Source: a virus
Taxonomy: Duplodnaviria; Caudoviricetes
Virus record (IMG/VR): IMGVR_UViG_3300010051_000550
Span: 1-64,000 of that record
Length of the DNA stretch: 64,000 bases
Direction: 5' to 3' (one strand)
In this document: positions 16,826 to 25,901 of the stretch, piece after piece
Position numbering within the stretch: position 1 is the first letter of the stretch
Layout of the letters: each line of letters opens with the position of its first letter
The notes under the pieces: model-generated
The model's input: only the letters and a program-made list of their open reading frames with translations
The model's database searches: none
Told to the model about the DNA's origin: nothing
Translations under genes and position numbers: made by a program

Positions 16826-17410
16826 ATGGAGCATGGTGGTATCGAGATGGACGATAATTCGGTTCGTTTGTGGGAAAGGGCGCATTTGGAGCCGACACGG
16901 TGGTTCTACCGTTTCGATACGTATTACCGGCCGTTGGGGCCGGAGCGGAGTCTCCTGACGGCCTACCGATTGTGGTGTCAGGCAGAAAAGGGCAGAAAGA
17001 GCGCGGCGGTCAGCGCGCCGACGAGCTGGCGGGAGGCGGCCGAGCAGTGGCAGTGGAAGGACCGGGCCGAGGCCTGGGACATGAGCCAGCGGCTGGAGCG
17101 ACTAAAGGAAGACGACGAGGCGCGGCGCAAGAACCGGGAGCGACGGCTGGCGGTGTTGAACGCGGTGATGGCGCGGGCTTCAGACGCGCTGGTGAGGTTG
17201 AAGACGGAGGACGCGCGCTGGGGCGACGTGATCGCCGCGATCCGGCTGGCGGTGCAGGAGCTTCGTCACGAATACGGTGACGACGTGACGACGGTCAAGG
17301 TGGAAGCGGTTGACACGGCGCCGGACTGGATGATGGTCATGGCTCGGATGGATTCGGATCAGCTGGAGAAAGTCATCTCCAATCTCGACATGGTGGATAG
17401 ATATGAGTGA
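16826..17410 (+). CDS. Terminase small subunit-like protein A
   Basis: F..YY.PLGPERSL...W...A..WQWKDRAEAWD pattern seen in TerS-like proteins; helical C-terminus. Confidence 0.55.
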   Translation: MEHGGIEMDDNSVRLWERAHLEPTRWFYRFDTYYRPLGPERSLLTAYRLWCQAEKGRKSAAVSAPTSWREAAEQWQWKDRAEAWDMSQRLERLKEDDEARRKNRERRLAVLNAVMARASDALVRLKTEDARWGDVIAAIRLAVQELRHEYGDDVTTVKVEAVDTAPDWMMVMARMDSDQLEKVISNLDMVDRYE

Positions 17411-17600
17411 TCAAACACCCGGCGCGGAACTGGACGAGGCGATGCGAGAGATGCTGGAGCACCTCCGCGCGTTGTTCGTCAGCACCCTGCCGGCACTTGT
17501 CGGTATTGAGGATTTGCTCGGTGTTCCTCCCGAGGAACAGTATGTGCGGCGCGAACGTCTGGAGCGGGGTGAGGACGGCGACACCGGATGTTACGTATAG
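17403..17600 (+). CDS. Hypothetical protein
   Basis: Overlap-coupled short ORF. Confidence 0.45.
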   Translation: MSDQTPGAELDEAMREMLEHLRALFVSTLPALVGIEDLLGVPPEEQYVRRERLERGEDGDTGCYV

Positions 17601-17622
17601 CCGTGATGGAGGTTGAGGCAGG

Positions 17623-17916
17623 ATGGAGCCAGGTGCGGGACATATAGACGCGGGACAGGATCGGGAGCGGCGCGACAAAGTCTATGCGTTCGTCTGTTCG
17701 TTTATGAAGGCCAGCGGCGGAGTTGCGCCTTCCGCGCGGGAGATTCAGCGCGGCACGGGGCTTCGCTCGCTGAATCATGTTCACGGCTGCCTGGGCACGC
17801 TGGAGCGTGAAGGGCGCATCCAGCGCGGCAAGTTCGGCCGGCCGCGCAGCCTGCGCATCGTGGGCGCTCGCTATTTGCTGCCGGACGAGGCGGAGGCGGG
17901 AGGTCGGGACAGATGA
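17623..17916 (+). CDS. LexA-type winged-helix DNA-binding domain only (no S24 peptidase)
   Basis: RRDKVYAFV...GGVAPSAREIQRGTGLRSLNHVHGCLGTLEREGRIQR....PRSLRI matches the LexA N-domain pattern. Confidence 0.8.
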   Translation: MEPGAGHIDAGQDRERRDKVYAFVCSFMKASGGVAPSAREIQRGTGLRSLNHVHGCLGTLEREGRIQRGKFGRPRSLRIVGARYLLPDEAEAGGRDR

Positions 17917-18611
17917 CAGCGAGAGGTGGAAGCGCGTCGGGTAAGCGCGTGCGAGCGGCCGAGCGGCGCGAGCGGGCGTGGGAGCTTCGCAAACGGGGAC
18001 TGACGTATCGGGCGATTGCCGAGCAGCTGGCGCCGGAGTTCGGTTCGTATTCGAAGTCGCAGGCGGAGCGGGACATCAAGCACACGCTCGACGAGTTGAA
18101 CGAGCGGACGCTGGAGACGGCGGCCGAGGCGCGGGCGATTGACCTGGCGCGGTTGGATGACCTGCTGCTGGCGTGGTTCGCCACGGCGCTGCGGGAGCAC
18201 GAGCGGCCGACGGCGACGCCGGCTCGTGGCGAAGGCGAGGAGGGTGATATCGTTTCGGCCTGGTTCGCGAAGGCGGTTAAGTCGGCCGCTGAAGGGAGCG
18301 AACCGGCCGAGGGGAGTGAGGCGGCCGGGAGCACGCCGCTTGACAACATCGACTGGAGCACGCTCTCGCCTATGGATTTGCTCGACGCGGTGCTCAAGAG
18401 GGCGCAGCTTTCTAAGCAGGCGACGGAGATCGTCCTCAAGATATTTGAGCAGCGAGCCAGGCTGCTGGGCTTGCACCGGCAGGAAGTGGCGCTGACGACG
18501 CCCAGCCCGCTACAGGTGGCGTCGGCGGTTGACCTGTCCGGGATGGATGAGGATGGCCTGAATGCAATCATCAGAAATCTCGCGGCTGCGCGAGGCGACG
18601 GCACGGATTGA
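17913..18611 (+). CDS. Terminase small subunit-like protein B (HTH)
   Basis: AERRERAWELRKRGLTYRAIAEQL...DLARLDDL...EQRARLLGL; immediately upstream of TerL. Confidence 0.7.
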   Translation: MTARGGSASGKRVRAAERRERAWELRKRGLTYRAIAEQLAPEFGSYSKSQAERDIKHTLDELNERTLETAAEARAIDLARLDDLLLAWFATALREHERPTATPARGEGEEGDIVSAWFAKAVKSAAEGSEPAEGSEAAGSTPLDNIDWSTLSPMDLLDAVLKRAQLSKQATEIVLKIFEQRARLLGLHRQEVALTTPSPLQVASAVDLSGMDEDGLNAIIRNLAAARGDGTD

Positions 18612-20268
18612 ATGGCAACGTCGCCAAGCGGCCGGGAATGGCCTCGCCGGCGCGGGGCAGCTGGATTTACTGACATGGACGGTGGTATATCGATGCTGGC
18701 TGCAACCGGGGCAACTATTCGACATAGCAGAGCACCTGTACCTGGTGGACATCTACAACAGCCGGGCGCGCGAGCTGGTGATCTTCAAGGCCGGTCAGAT
18801 GGGGGCCAGCGAGTTCGCTGTGAGTTACGCGCTGCACGCCTGCGACCAGGAGCGGGCGACGGTGCTCTACGTTTTCCCGACCGAGGACGACGTGAGCGAC
18901 TTCTCGACGTCGCGCATCAACCCGGCGCTGGAGGCCAGTCCGTACTTGAACCAGCTGGTGGTGCCCGGCGGCGGCGGCGGTGGGCGCGGCGCGGACCGGG
19001 TGACGCTGAAGCGAATCCGCGACCGGTTTCTGTATCTGCGCGGGGCGCGGGTGAGCAAGACGGGCCAGGCGTCGCAGTTGAAATCGGTGGCGGCCGACAA
19101 GGTTATCTTCGACGAGCTGGACGAGATGGACCCGCGCGCACCGGTTATTGCCGTCAAGCGGTTGGGCCACAGCGCCATCGGCGGGCGGCTGGACATTTCG
19201 ACACCCACCCACCCCGGTCGCGGGATTCACGCTCGCTGGCTGGAGTCGGATCAGCGGGAGTGGTTTGTGCAGTGCGCGGGATGTGGGGAGCGGCAGCCGC
19301 TGACGATCAACCAGCTGGTGAGCGAGTGGGACGAGCTGGAGCGGCCGGTGGCGTGGCACGGGATGAAGGACGGCCGCGCGTTCGTCGCCTGTCGCAAGTG
19401 CGGCCGGGAACTGGATCGGCTCGGTCGTGGCCAGTGGGTGGCGGCATATCCCGAGCGGCCGGTGACGGGGTTCCACCTGAGCAAGCTGTTTTCGTCGCGG
19501 ACGGACCTGATGTCGATCATCGCTCAGCTGCAGTCAGTGGACGAGAGCGTGCGGAAGGAGTGCTTCAATCAGGATTTGGGGCTGCCTTACAAACCGCGCG
19601 GCGGCAAGTTGAGCGAGGAGATGCTGGACGAGTGCCGGCGCGACTATGGGCATGGGCCGGAGCGCGGCGAGCGGCCGTTTATCGGCGTGGACGTGGGCAC
19701 GGTGCTGCACGTGGTGGTGCGCGGGCCGCTCAACGGCGAGGGGGAGCGGCCCCAGCGGTTTGCCGGCGAGTTGGCCAGCTTCGAGGAGTTGGGGCGGCTC
19801 ATCCGGCAGTATCGGCCGCGACGGGTGGTGATCGACGCGCTGCCGGAGACGCGGATGGCGCGGGCGCTGCAGGCGGATTTCCCGGATGGGCTGATCTGGC
19901 TGTCGTACTACACGGAGGGCAGCAAGGACGAAGCGGCCGTGCGGTGGGATCAGAAGAACGGCACGGTGCTGGTCGACCGGACGCGGGCGATGGACGCGAT
20001 GATCGCGGGGTTCTCGCCGGTGGTGCAGGAGAACACGCTGCCGGCCGGCGCGCGGGGTATCAGCGGCGGCAATTATTACCGGCACATGACGGAGCCGGTG
20101 CGCGTCGTGGAGACGGCCGCGGGCCGGGCAGGAACGGACGTGGCGCGGTATGTGTCGGAGAAGGCGGATCACTTCGCGCACGCGGAGAATTATTGTTGGG
20201 TGGCGAGCCAGTCGCCGAAGGCGCCACTGTTGGGCGTGGCGCTGGGTGTTGGGGTGAAGGGCTGGTAG
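18562..20268 (+). CDS. terL: Terminase large subunit (GpA-like)
   Basis: Walker A-like KAGQMGASE; Walker B VIFDELD; ISTPT; Zn ribbon CAGC/CRKC; RNaseH-like FIGVDVG ... DHFAHAENY. Confidence 0.9.
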   Translation: MQSSEISRLREATARIEWQRRQAAGNGLAGAGQLDLLTWTVVYRCWLQPGQLFDIAEHLYLVDIYNSRARELVIFKAGQMGASEFAVSYALHACDQERATVLYVFPTEDDVSDFSTSRINPALEASPYLNQLVVPGGGGGGRGADRVTLKRIRDRFLYLRGARVSKTGQASQLKSVAADKVIFDELDEMDPRAPVIAVKRLGHSAIGGRLDISTPTHPGRGIHARWLESDQREWFVQCAGCGERQPLTINQLVSEWDELERPVAWHGMKDGRAFVACRKCGRELDRLGRGQWVAAYPERPVTGFHLSKLFSSRTDLMSIIAQLQSVDESVRKECFNQDLGLPYKPRGGKLSEEMLDECRRDYGHGPERGERPFIGVDVGTVLHVVVRGPLNGEGERPQRFAGELASFEELGRLIRQYRPRRVVIDALPETRMARALQADFPDGLIWLSYYTEGSKDEAAVRWDQKNGTVLVDRTRAMDAMIAGFSPVVQENTLPAGARGISGGNYYRHMTEPVRVVETAAGRAGTDVARYVSEKADHFAHAENYCWVASQSPKAPLLGVALGVGVKGW

Positions 20269-20282
20269 GAGAGGGATGAGAG

Positions 20283-21869
20283 ATGGCAGAAAGTAACGCG
20301 TGGAGCAGGTTTTGGCAGGGGCGAGGGGCGACGGCGGCCAGGGAGCGGCAGCTTCGGAGGGGCGATCTTCAGGTCGGCGCGAGGGCGCTGGCGGGCGCGC
20401 GGGCGCGGCCGAAGGCGCCGGCCGGGTCGCGGGCGCGATTGACCCAGGACGGCAGCGCGCCCTACGGGGCGCTGTGGGGGCTGGCGTTGCAGGCAGATCG
20501 GGAGGTGGATTGGCAGGCGCTTGACCTGGACGCGCGGATGCTGGGGCGGATGTCGACCGGCGACCTGGTGGAGTTGATGGCGGATCTGTCGCCGGAGGTG
20601 AGCGGGGCGCTGTGGCATTTCACGCGGTTTTGCAATCCGGGCTGGGAGGCGCGGGCGCTGAAACCGGGTTCGCTGGTGGAGGACGCGACGGGCAAGAAGT
20701 TGCTGGACGCGTTCCTGGACAGGCTGAATGAGAAGTACGGCGCGGTGGACGTGGTGTGGAATTCGTTCTTCATGACCGCCTTCCTGCGCGGGGCGTTTTT
20801 CGGGGAGTTGGTGATGAGCAAGGACAGGCGGACGCCGCTGGACTTGATCGCCGTCGACCCATACGCGGCCGAGTATGTGCGGCGCGATGATCCGGAGTTG
20901 GGCGAGGTGTGGCAGTTGGGGCAGACGGTGGGCGGCCAGTTCAGGCCTTTGGACGTGCCGACGGTGCAGTATGTGCCGATTGACCCGCTGCCGGGTCGGG
21001 CGCCTTACGGCCGCTCGCTGGTGACGCCGGCGATTTTCTCGTCGCTGTTCCTGTTGGGGCTGCTCCATGACTTGAGGCGGGTTGTGGCCCAGCAGGGGTA
21101 TCCGCGCCTCGATCTGGAGGTGAGTCTGGCGCGGCTGACGGAGTCGATGCCTGAGGAGATTGACGACGACCCGGACAAGCAGCGGGAGTGGGTGCAGCTG
21201 GTCATCGGCCAGATCGCGGAGATGTTTTCGCAGTTGCAGCCGGACGACGCCTATGTGCACACGGACGTGGTGAAGGTGAACCGGCCGGTGGGCGCGGTGG
21301 ACGCGTCGAGCCTGGGCGCGGTGGACGCGCTGATCCGCTCGGTGGAGCGGATGGCGACGCGGGGGCTGAAGACGATGCCGCTGTTGATGGGCAGTAATGA
21401 GGCGGTGAGCGAGACGCACGCGAACCGGCAGTGGGAGATTCATGTGGCGGGCATCAAGGCGCTGCAGCACCTGGCCGAGCAGATGTTGAGCCACCTGCTG
21501 ACGCTGGCGCTGGAGGCGCAAGGCGCGCGGGTGGTGGTGGAGTTGCGGTTCGCGGAACTGCGGGAGAGCGAGGCGCTGCGGGACGCGCAGGCGGAATCGG
21601 CCGTTATCGACAACGCCATGCGGAAATACCTGGCGGGATGGATTAGCCAGGATGAGGCGGCGCTGGAGGTGACGGGGCACGCGCCGGACAGGGATCGGCC
21701 GCGGGTGATTGAGGTCGTGGGCGGGGCGGACATTGTCGACTTGAGCGTGGCTGAGGGCGGCGCAGACGCGCGCGGCCGGGAAGGGGTGTGGCGGCGGGAG
21801 CTGCTGGCGGAGATGGAGGCGGCGCGGGTGGCGTTGGAGAAGGTGATCGGAGAGGAGCGACATGGATGA
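20283..21869 (+). CDS. Portal protein
   Basis: Position after TerL; 528 aa; PYGRS motif; helical architecture. Confidence 0.8.
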   Translation: MAESNAWSRFWQGRGATAARERQLRRGDLQVGARALAGARARPKAPAGSRARLTQDGSAPYGALWGLALQADREVDWQALDLDARMLGRMSTGDLVELMADLSPEVSGALWHFTRFCNPGWEARALKPGSLVEDATGKKLLDAFLDRLNEKYGAVDVVWNSFFMTAFLRGAFFGELVMSKDRRTPLDLIAVDPYAAEYVRRDDPELGEVWQLGQTVGGQFRPLDVPTVQYVPIDPLPGRAPYGRSLVTPAIFSSLFLLGLLHDLRRVVAQQGYPRLDLEVSLARLTESMPEEIDDDPDKQREWVQLVIGQIAEMFSQLQPDDAYVHTDVVKVNRPVGAVDASSLGAVDALIRSVERMATRGLKTMPLLMGSNEAVSETHANRQWEIHVAGIKALQHLAEQMLSHLLTLALEAQGARVVVELRFAELRESEALRDAQAESAVIDNAMRKYLAGWISQDEAALEVTGHAPDRDRPRVIEVVGGADIVDLSVAEGGADARGREGVWRRELLAEMEAARVALEKVIGEERHG

Positions 21870-22002
21870 TATTTGGACGTTCTTGCTCTTCGCGGTGGCG
21901 TATACGTCGGTGGCGCTCCTGTATTTGTTCTGGGTGTTGCCCAGGGCTTTCAAGTGGCTGTTTGGGAAGATGAAGGGCAACGATTCGGACAGAGGCCAAT
22001 GA
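21862..22002 (+). CDS. 46-aa single-TM peptide (absent from the ORF track)
   Basis: GAGGAG RBS; MDDIWTFLLFAVAYTSVALLYLFWVLPRAFKWLFGK... Confidence 0.55.
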   Translation: MDDIWTFLLFAVAYTSVALLYLFWVLPRAFKWLFGKMKGNDSDRGQ

Positions 22003-22035
22003 GCGCCTCGATAAGGTAACGAGAGCGGAGGACTG

Positions 22036-22476
22036 ATGTGCGATTCTGATGAGGTTAGAGACAAGGTCAGGGAGGAGTTGTTACACGTTCTGAATACGCC
22101 GGAGTGGCGCGACTGGAAGCCGACGGCCGAAGAGCGGGCGGCGCTGGTGGAGTTGAGGGAAGCGATGCTACTTCTCATGGCCGAGGCCAGCGGCCGGGCC
22201 ATCGAACGGATAGTGGATGGGATGCGTGAATTCCTCGCGCGTCTCCGGCCGCATATGGAAGCGCTGTTGGAGGAGATGCGTTCGCTCGGTGAAACGATTG
22301 TTAACGCATTGGTCGAGGGAATCTCTCTGTTGCGGGGGGAGGAAGACGCGGCCTTCTCGTGGCGGAAGCGGAAGCGGAAGCCGGAGGTACGCCCGGCGCG
22401 AGTGGTGGACTCGGTGGCGGCCGGGAGGAATCCGGCGATGGTGATGCGGACGCGCATTCGCGGGGGGCGGCGATGA
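22036..22476 (+). CDS. Hypothetical protein, paralog 1
   Basis: Shares EW..W..TAEERAALVE and NALVEG.SLLRG with the next gene. Confidence 0.65.
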   Translation: MCDSDEVRDKVREELLHVLNTPEWRDWKPTAEERAALVELREAMLLLMAEASGRAIERIVDGMREFLARLRPHMEALLEEMRSLGETIVNALVEGISLLRGEEDAAFSWRKRKRKPEVRPARVVDSVAAGRNPAMVMRTRIRGGRR

Positions 22477-22700
22477 GCGATAGCGATGAGGAGTTGATAC
22501 ACGTTCTGCATATGCTGGAGTGGCGCTACTGGGAGCTGACGGCCGAAGAACGGGCGGCGCTGGTGGAGATGGCGGAGTTGAGGGAAGCGCCGTTATTTCT
22601 CAAGATGGAAGCGTTCGTGGAGGCGGTACATTCACTCCGTGAAGCGATTATTAACGCTTTGGTTGAGGGATTCTCTCTGTTGCGTGGGGGGCGGCGATGA
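22473..22700 (+). CDS. Hypothetical protein, paralog 2 (shortened)
   Basis: ATGA coupling; tandem duplicate. Confidence 0.65.
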   Translation: MSDSDEELIHVLHMLEWRYWELTAEERAALVEMAELREAPLFLKMEAFVEAVHSLREAIINALVEGFSLLRGGRR

Positions 22701-22866
22701 CGGCAAGCACTGAAAAGGAATCAGAGAAAGAAAGACGCAGGAGGATGGAGGATTGTTTGGCGCGGCTGGACGAGGGAGTTAAGCAGCTGTTAGCAAACAA
22801 CTATAAGTATGGTATGGCGGGCGGCCGCAGAGCGTACCGTCGAGGTCAAGGGGAAAAAGGAGTAGT
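22697..22866 (+). CDS. Short hypothetical ORF whose 3' region copies the gene upstream of the major tail gene
   Basis: Coupled start; the ORF track extends it to 22891; boundaries uncertain. Confidence 0.3.
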
Positions 22867-22940
22867 GAGAGATGGCCGAGATTCCATTTGAGGCATTGTT
22901 ATTTGGACTGGAAGGCACGCCGGGAACCGGGGCCGCGCCG
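22821..22940 (+). repeat. 120-bp direct repeat of 39022-39141
   Basis: 7 mismatches by eye; includes the RBS and the first ~23 codons of the major tail gene. Confidence 0.9.
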
Positions 22941-23216
22941 GAGACCGAGCCGGCTCGAATGCGCCGGCTGCTGAACGAGGAGCGGGCGCAGCGTGTCGCG
23001 GCTATGCGGGTGGCGAGCGAGATGTTCGGGAACTTCAATCGACTGCTGGCCGAGTCGGTGGCGCAGCAAGCCGCGACTCAGGCGGCGTTGGACAAGGCGA
23101 ATCGGGATATTGACGCGCTGAGGGCTCGGCCGGTGGGAGGAGTGCTCCGCTGGAGAGAAAGACGCTTTATGGGGGACACAGATGCCAGAATGTACGTTGA
23201 CGGAGAAGAAGAATAG
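22872..23216 (+). CDS. Chimeric coiled-coil protein with a tail-tube-derived N-terminus
   Basis: MAEIPFEALLFGLEGTPGTGAAP vs MAEIPFEALLLGLESTSGTGVAP (39073). Confidence 0.65.
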   Translation: MAEIPFEALLFGLEGTPGTGAAPETEPARMRRLLNEERAQRVAAMRVASEMFGNFNRLLAESVAQQAATQAALDKANRDIDALRARPVGGVLRWRERRFMGDTDARMYVDGEEE

Positions 23217-23228
23217 AAGGAACTTAAG

Positions 23229-23486
23229 GTGAATATGATGAAAGCAGCTGCTAACGTAATCGCGGTGTTGGGATGGGGCGGGTTCCTGGTGGCCTTGTGG
23301 TGGCCGCTTGTGATGGGCGAGATGCCGGCTCTCGGTTCATGGCTAGCCGTCATTTTGTTTTCGCTTCTGACGGGTTTGGTCGTGCCGTCGTATCTCCTTC
23401 GACTGGAGATTCAGATCAGCTCCACGGCGGCCGGCTCGGCGGAGCGCGCGAAGGCGGTTGGTTCGCGGCCGGGCAGGCAGCCGTGA
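23229..23486 (+). CDS. 2-TM membrane protein
   Basis: Two hydrophobic helices. Confidence 0.6.
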   Translation: MNMMKAAANVIAVLGWGGFLVALWWPLVMGEMPALGSWLAVILFSLLTGLVVPSYLLRLEIQISSTAAGSAERAKAVGSRPGRQP

Positions 23487-24421
23487 GCCCATATGACCCA
23501 GCTGCGGCCTTCGCCGGCGCAGGGCCGGTTTTATCCACCGCCACCCTCGCGCGGGAGGTCGCCCGGTATCATCGGGCGCTGTCGTCGGGGTTGGCGCTGG
23601 CCGGCGCGCGTTCGGCGGCGGATGGGCCGACGGCGGGCGAGTTGCTGATGGAGGCCGGATTCGGGCAGGCGTTGCAGCCGGCGCTGGCGACGATGTACCA
23701 GCGGCCGCTCGACGAGGGCCTGACGGCGATGGTGGGGATGAGCCGGGAGGAGATCTCCGGCTCGGTGCTGGCGTTCTATCGGGAGCGGCCGGACACGTTG
23801 GAGCCGGCGCGGCGGGTGTTGGGCCGGTATGCGCGGCGCGGGTTCGAGTTGGGTGGCCAGATGGGGCTGGACGGGCTGGACCTTCCCGGAGTGTTTGAGT
23901 TGAGCGATGAGGATATTGAGGCGGCGCTGGAGGCGCATACGGCGCAGTTGACGGTGGCCGAGCGTGGGGCGGAGATGTCGCTGGCAGTGACGACGGCCGA
24001 GGAGATCGGCCGCCGGGTGGACAAGCAGCGGGATGAGGGCCTGTCGGTGGCGGAGATGTTGCCGCTGATGAGCGCCTGGGTGCTGGGGAGGACGGTCATT
24101 CGCTCGGCCAACATCGCGGCGACGGAGTCGGTGCGGATGACGCGCTGGGGGATGGTGTGGGCGTTCGCGGGGAACGGGATTCGCGGCGTGCGGCACGAGT
24201 GCGCCCTGGACGTGGAGCAGCGCTGCAGCGGGGAGTGCCCGGCTTTGTGCGGGGTGGAGTATGAGTTGGGCGGGGTGTTCGCTCCGATGAGCGGTATCCC
24301 GAGCGCGGGGCAGATTCCGCTGCACCCGCGCTGCCGGTGTGTATACGCGCCGCTGATGGACGGATGGGTGAAGCCGGCGCTGATCTGGACGGGATTTGCA
24401 TTGGGTTTGTTGAGTGATTAG
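23483..24421 (+). CDS. Head morphogenesis protein (Mu gpF / SPP1 gp7-like)
   Basis: IAATES..., C-x7-C-xx-C cluster, IPLHPRCRC motif; GTG start overlapping the upstream TGA. Confidence 0.8.
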   Translation: MSPYDPAAAFAGAGPVLSTATLAREVARYHRALSSGLALAGARSAADGPTAGELLMEAGFGQALQPALATMYQRPLDEGLTAMVGMSREEISGSVLAFYRERPDTLEPARRVLGRYARRGFELGGQMGLDGLDLPGVFELSDEDIEAALEAHTAQLTVAERGAEMSLAVTTAEEIGRRVDKQRDEGLSVAEMLPLMSAWVLGRTVIRSANIAATESVRMTRWGMVWAFAGNGIRGVRHECALDVEQRCSGECPALCGVEYELGGVFAPMSGIPSAGQIPLHPRCRCVYAPLMDGWVKPALIWTGFALGLLSD

Positions 24422-24432
24422 GAGATAGGTCG

Positions 24433-24597
24433 ATGAGCAAAAAGACGAAAGGGCAGACGGTGACGACTGAGAAGAACGGCATCGTCATCGAGACGACGTA
24501 TGACGGCGAGGGGAATGTGATCGCTGTCAAGAAATGGGTGAAGCCGGACAAACGGCAGCGAGGCCCGGCCCCCAACGTGGAGCAGCGGCCGCAATAG
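24433..24597 (+). CDS. 54-aa hypothetical (absent from the ORF track)
   Basis: GGAG RBS; MSKKTKGQTVTTEKNGIVIETTYDGEGNVIAVKKWVKP... Confidence 0.5.
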   Translation: MSKKTKGQTVTTEKNGIVIETTYDGEGNVIAVKKWVKPDKRQRGPAPNVEQRPQ

Positions 24598-24610
24598 GGA
24601 CGAGGACGTT

Positions 24611-24823
24611 ATGGCGCAACAATCGCGGGAGCCGGCCGCCGGCCAAGGGCCGACATTGCCGGGCGGGTTGGCGAAATGGGCGTGGAAGGCGGCGCTGCGT
24701 CTGGCGACGCTGAAGCAGCCGGGGGTGTACGGGCTGCTTCTGATCGTGCGGCCGGACAACACGCGGGAGTTGGTGATCCAGAACAGCGACCGGCCGCACA
24801 AGCCGGAGGATTTAGGTGCGTGA
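24611..24823 (+). CDS. Hypothetical protein
   Basis: GAGGA RBS; TGATG coupling. Confidence 0.55.
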   Translation: MAQQSREPAAGQGPTLPGGLAKWAWKAALRLATLKQPGVYGLLLIVRPDNTRELVIQNSDRPHKPEDLGA

Positions 24824-25086
24824 TGACAAATAAGCAGAATGTGAACAGCAGTCAGAACTCGGCGCTGGCGGGACTCGGCCAGGCGCTGGATCAGGGAGCG
24901 TGGGTGAATTTGTACAAGTCGAATCCGGTGCTGGCGCAGGCAGTGGCGGATGCGGTGGGCCAGGGAGTGACGCCGATAGCTATTCGGCATTATGTGATGC
25001 GCCACACGGGTGGCCAGTCGGATTTGGCGAAGTTCGTGGAGCAGGCGGCGCGCTGGGTGGCGAAAGCGGCACCGGACGAGACGTAA
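24823..25086 (+). CDS. Hypothetical helical protein
   Basis: Coupled ATG at 24823. Confidence 0.55.
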   Translation: MTNKQNVNSSQNSALAGLGQALDQGAWVNLYKSNPVLAQAVADAVGQGVTPIAIRHYVMRHTGGQSDLAKFVEQAARWVAKAAPDET

Positions 25087-25122
25087 ATCGCGCGGCCGAG
25101 CGGCCCCTTTCCTATTCTGTGT

Positions 25123-25144
25123 AGCCCGGTTCGCCGGGTTTTTT
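25123..25144 (+). terminator. Rho-independent terminator
   Basis: CCCGG-TTCG-CCGGG followed by TTTTTT. Confidence 0.8.
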
Positions 25145-25202
25145 CATCTGTTTGCGCGCCAACATTTGAGCCGATTCCCCTGCCGTTTCTCTCTGTAAAA
25201 CC

Positions 25203-25255
25203 TTGACTTTCACGGCCGAACGATTATAATATTATTAATTGTTAATTATTAATTT
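25203..25255 (+). promoter_or_regulatory. Strong sigma70 promoter with AT-rich operator tract
   Basis: TTGACT (25203-25208), 16 nt, TATAAT (25225-25230); TTATTAATT repeats downstream. Confidence 0.85.
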
Positions 25256-25271
25256 TGGAGACAAGACCACC

Positions 25272-25496
25272 ATGACGATTTACGAGGAAGTCAACGAGCA
25301 GCTGGAGAACAAGAATATCGATTCGTCGCAGATATCGGCCATCGGCTTCACGCCCGCTATCGGCCGGTACGCGCAGATGGACGACGGCACGCGGATCGCG
25401 CTGAGCGACCACGACTACTGGCTGCTGGACGACAACCTGGAAGCGATGAATCAGGCGTGGCTGGCGCAGCAAGCAGAAGAAACCATTCCCGCCTGA
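25272..25496 (+). CDS. Small acidic hypothetical protein
   Basis: GGAGACAAGACC RBS motif. Confidence 0.7.
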   Translation: MTIYEEVNEQLENKNIDSSQISAIGFTPAIGRYAQMDDGTRIALSDHDYWLLDDNLEAMNQAWLAQQAEETIPA

Positions 25497-25523
25497 AGAG
25501 CGGGGCCAAAAGGAGACAAGACC

Positions 25524-25856
25524 ATGTTGACTGTAGATTCCTTGACCGCAGTGTACGCCGCCATGAAGGCGGCGACCGCCGAGGCCTTTAACGCGGCCGA
25601 AGCGGCCGAGATCGCAAGCGCCGCCTACGAGGCGGGCAAGAGCGCCCTTCTGCTGGACGGCAAGTTGGACGGCAAGAACGAGGCTCAGCGCGAGGCGCAG
25701 GCCCGCGAGGCGCTGGCTCCTCTGTTCGAGACCGTCCAGGCGACCGGGCGGGCGGCGCGCCTGAAGAAGCACCTTCAGGAGATGGCGCGGATGGATGTGG
25801 AACTGGTTCGCGCACAGCTCCGGTTTCTGGAGCTGGCTGAGGTGAACGAGGCCTAG
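25524..25856 (+). CDS. Coiled-coil hypothetical protein
   Basis: GGAGACAAGACC RBS; LDGKNEAQREAQ motif. Confidence 0.7.
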   Translation: MLTVDSLTAVYAAMKAATAEAFNAAEAAEIASAAYEAGKSALLLDGKLDGKNEAQREAQAREALAPLFETVQATGRAARLKKHLQEMARMDVELVRAQLRFLELAEVNEA

Positions 25857-25901
25857 CACGACAGGCCGGGGAGGTGACTAACCCGGCCGAGGAGATACGA
25901 G

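Noticed and set aside
18612-22511. Long alternative ORFs 18612-20279 (+) and 20190-22511 (-)
   Set aside because: High-GC off-frame or antisense shadows of TerL and portal; Arg/Gly/Ala-rich, no motifs
22821-22940. 120-bp repeat pair as a DGR template/variable repeat
   Set aside because: Mismatches are not adenine-specific (A/G, T/G, A/G, G/A, C/T, G/A, C/T); no reverse transcriptase in the window; located at a gene start
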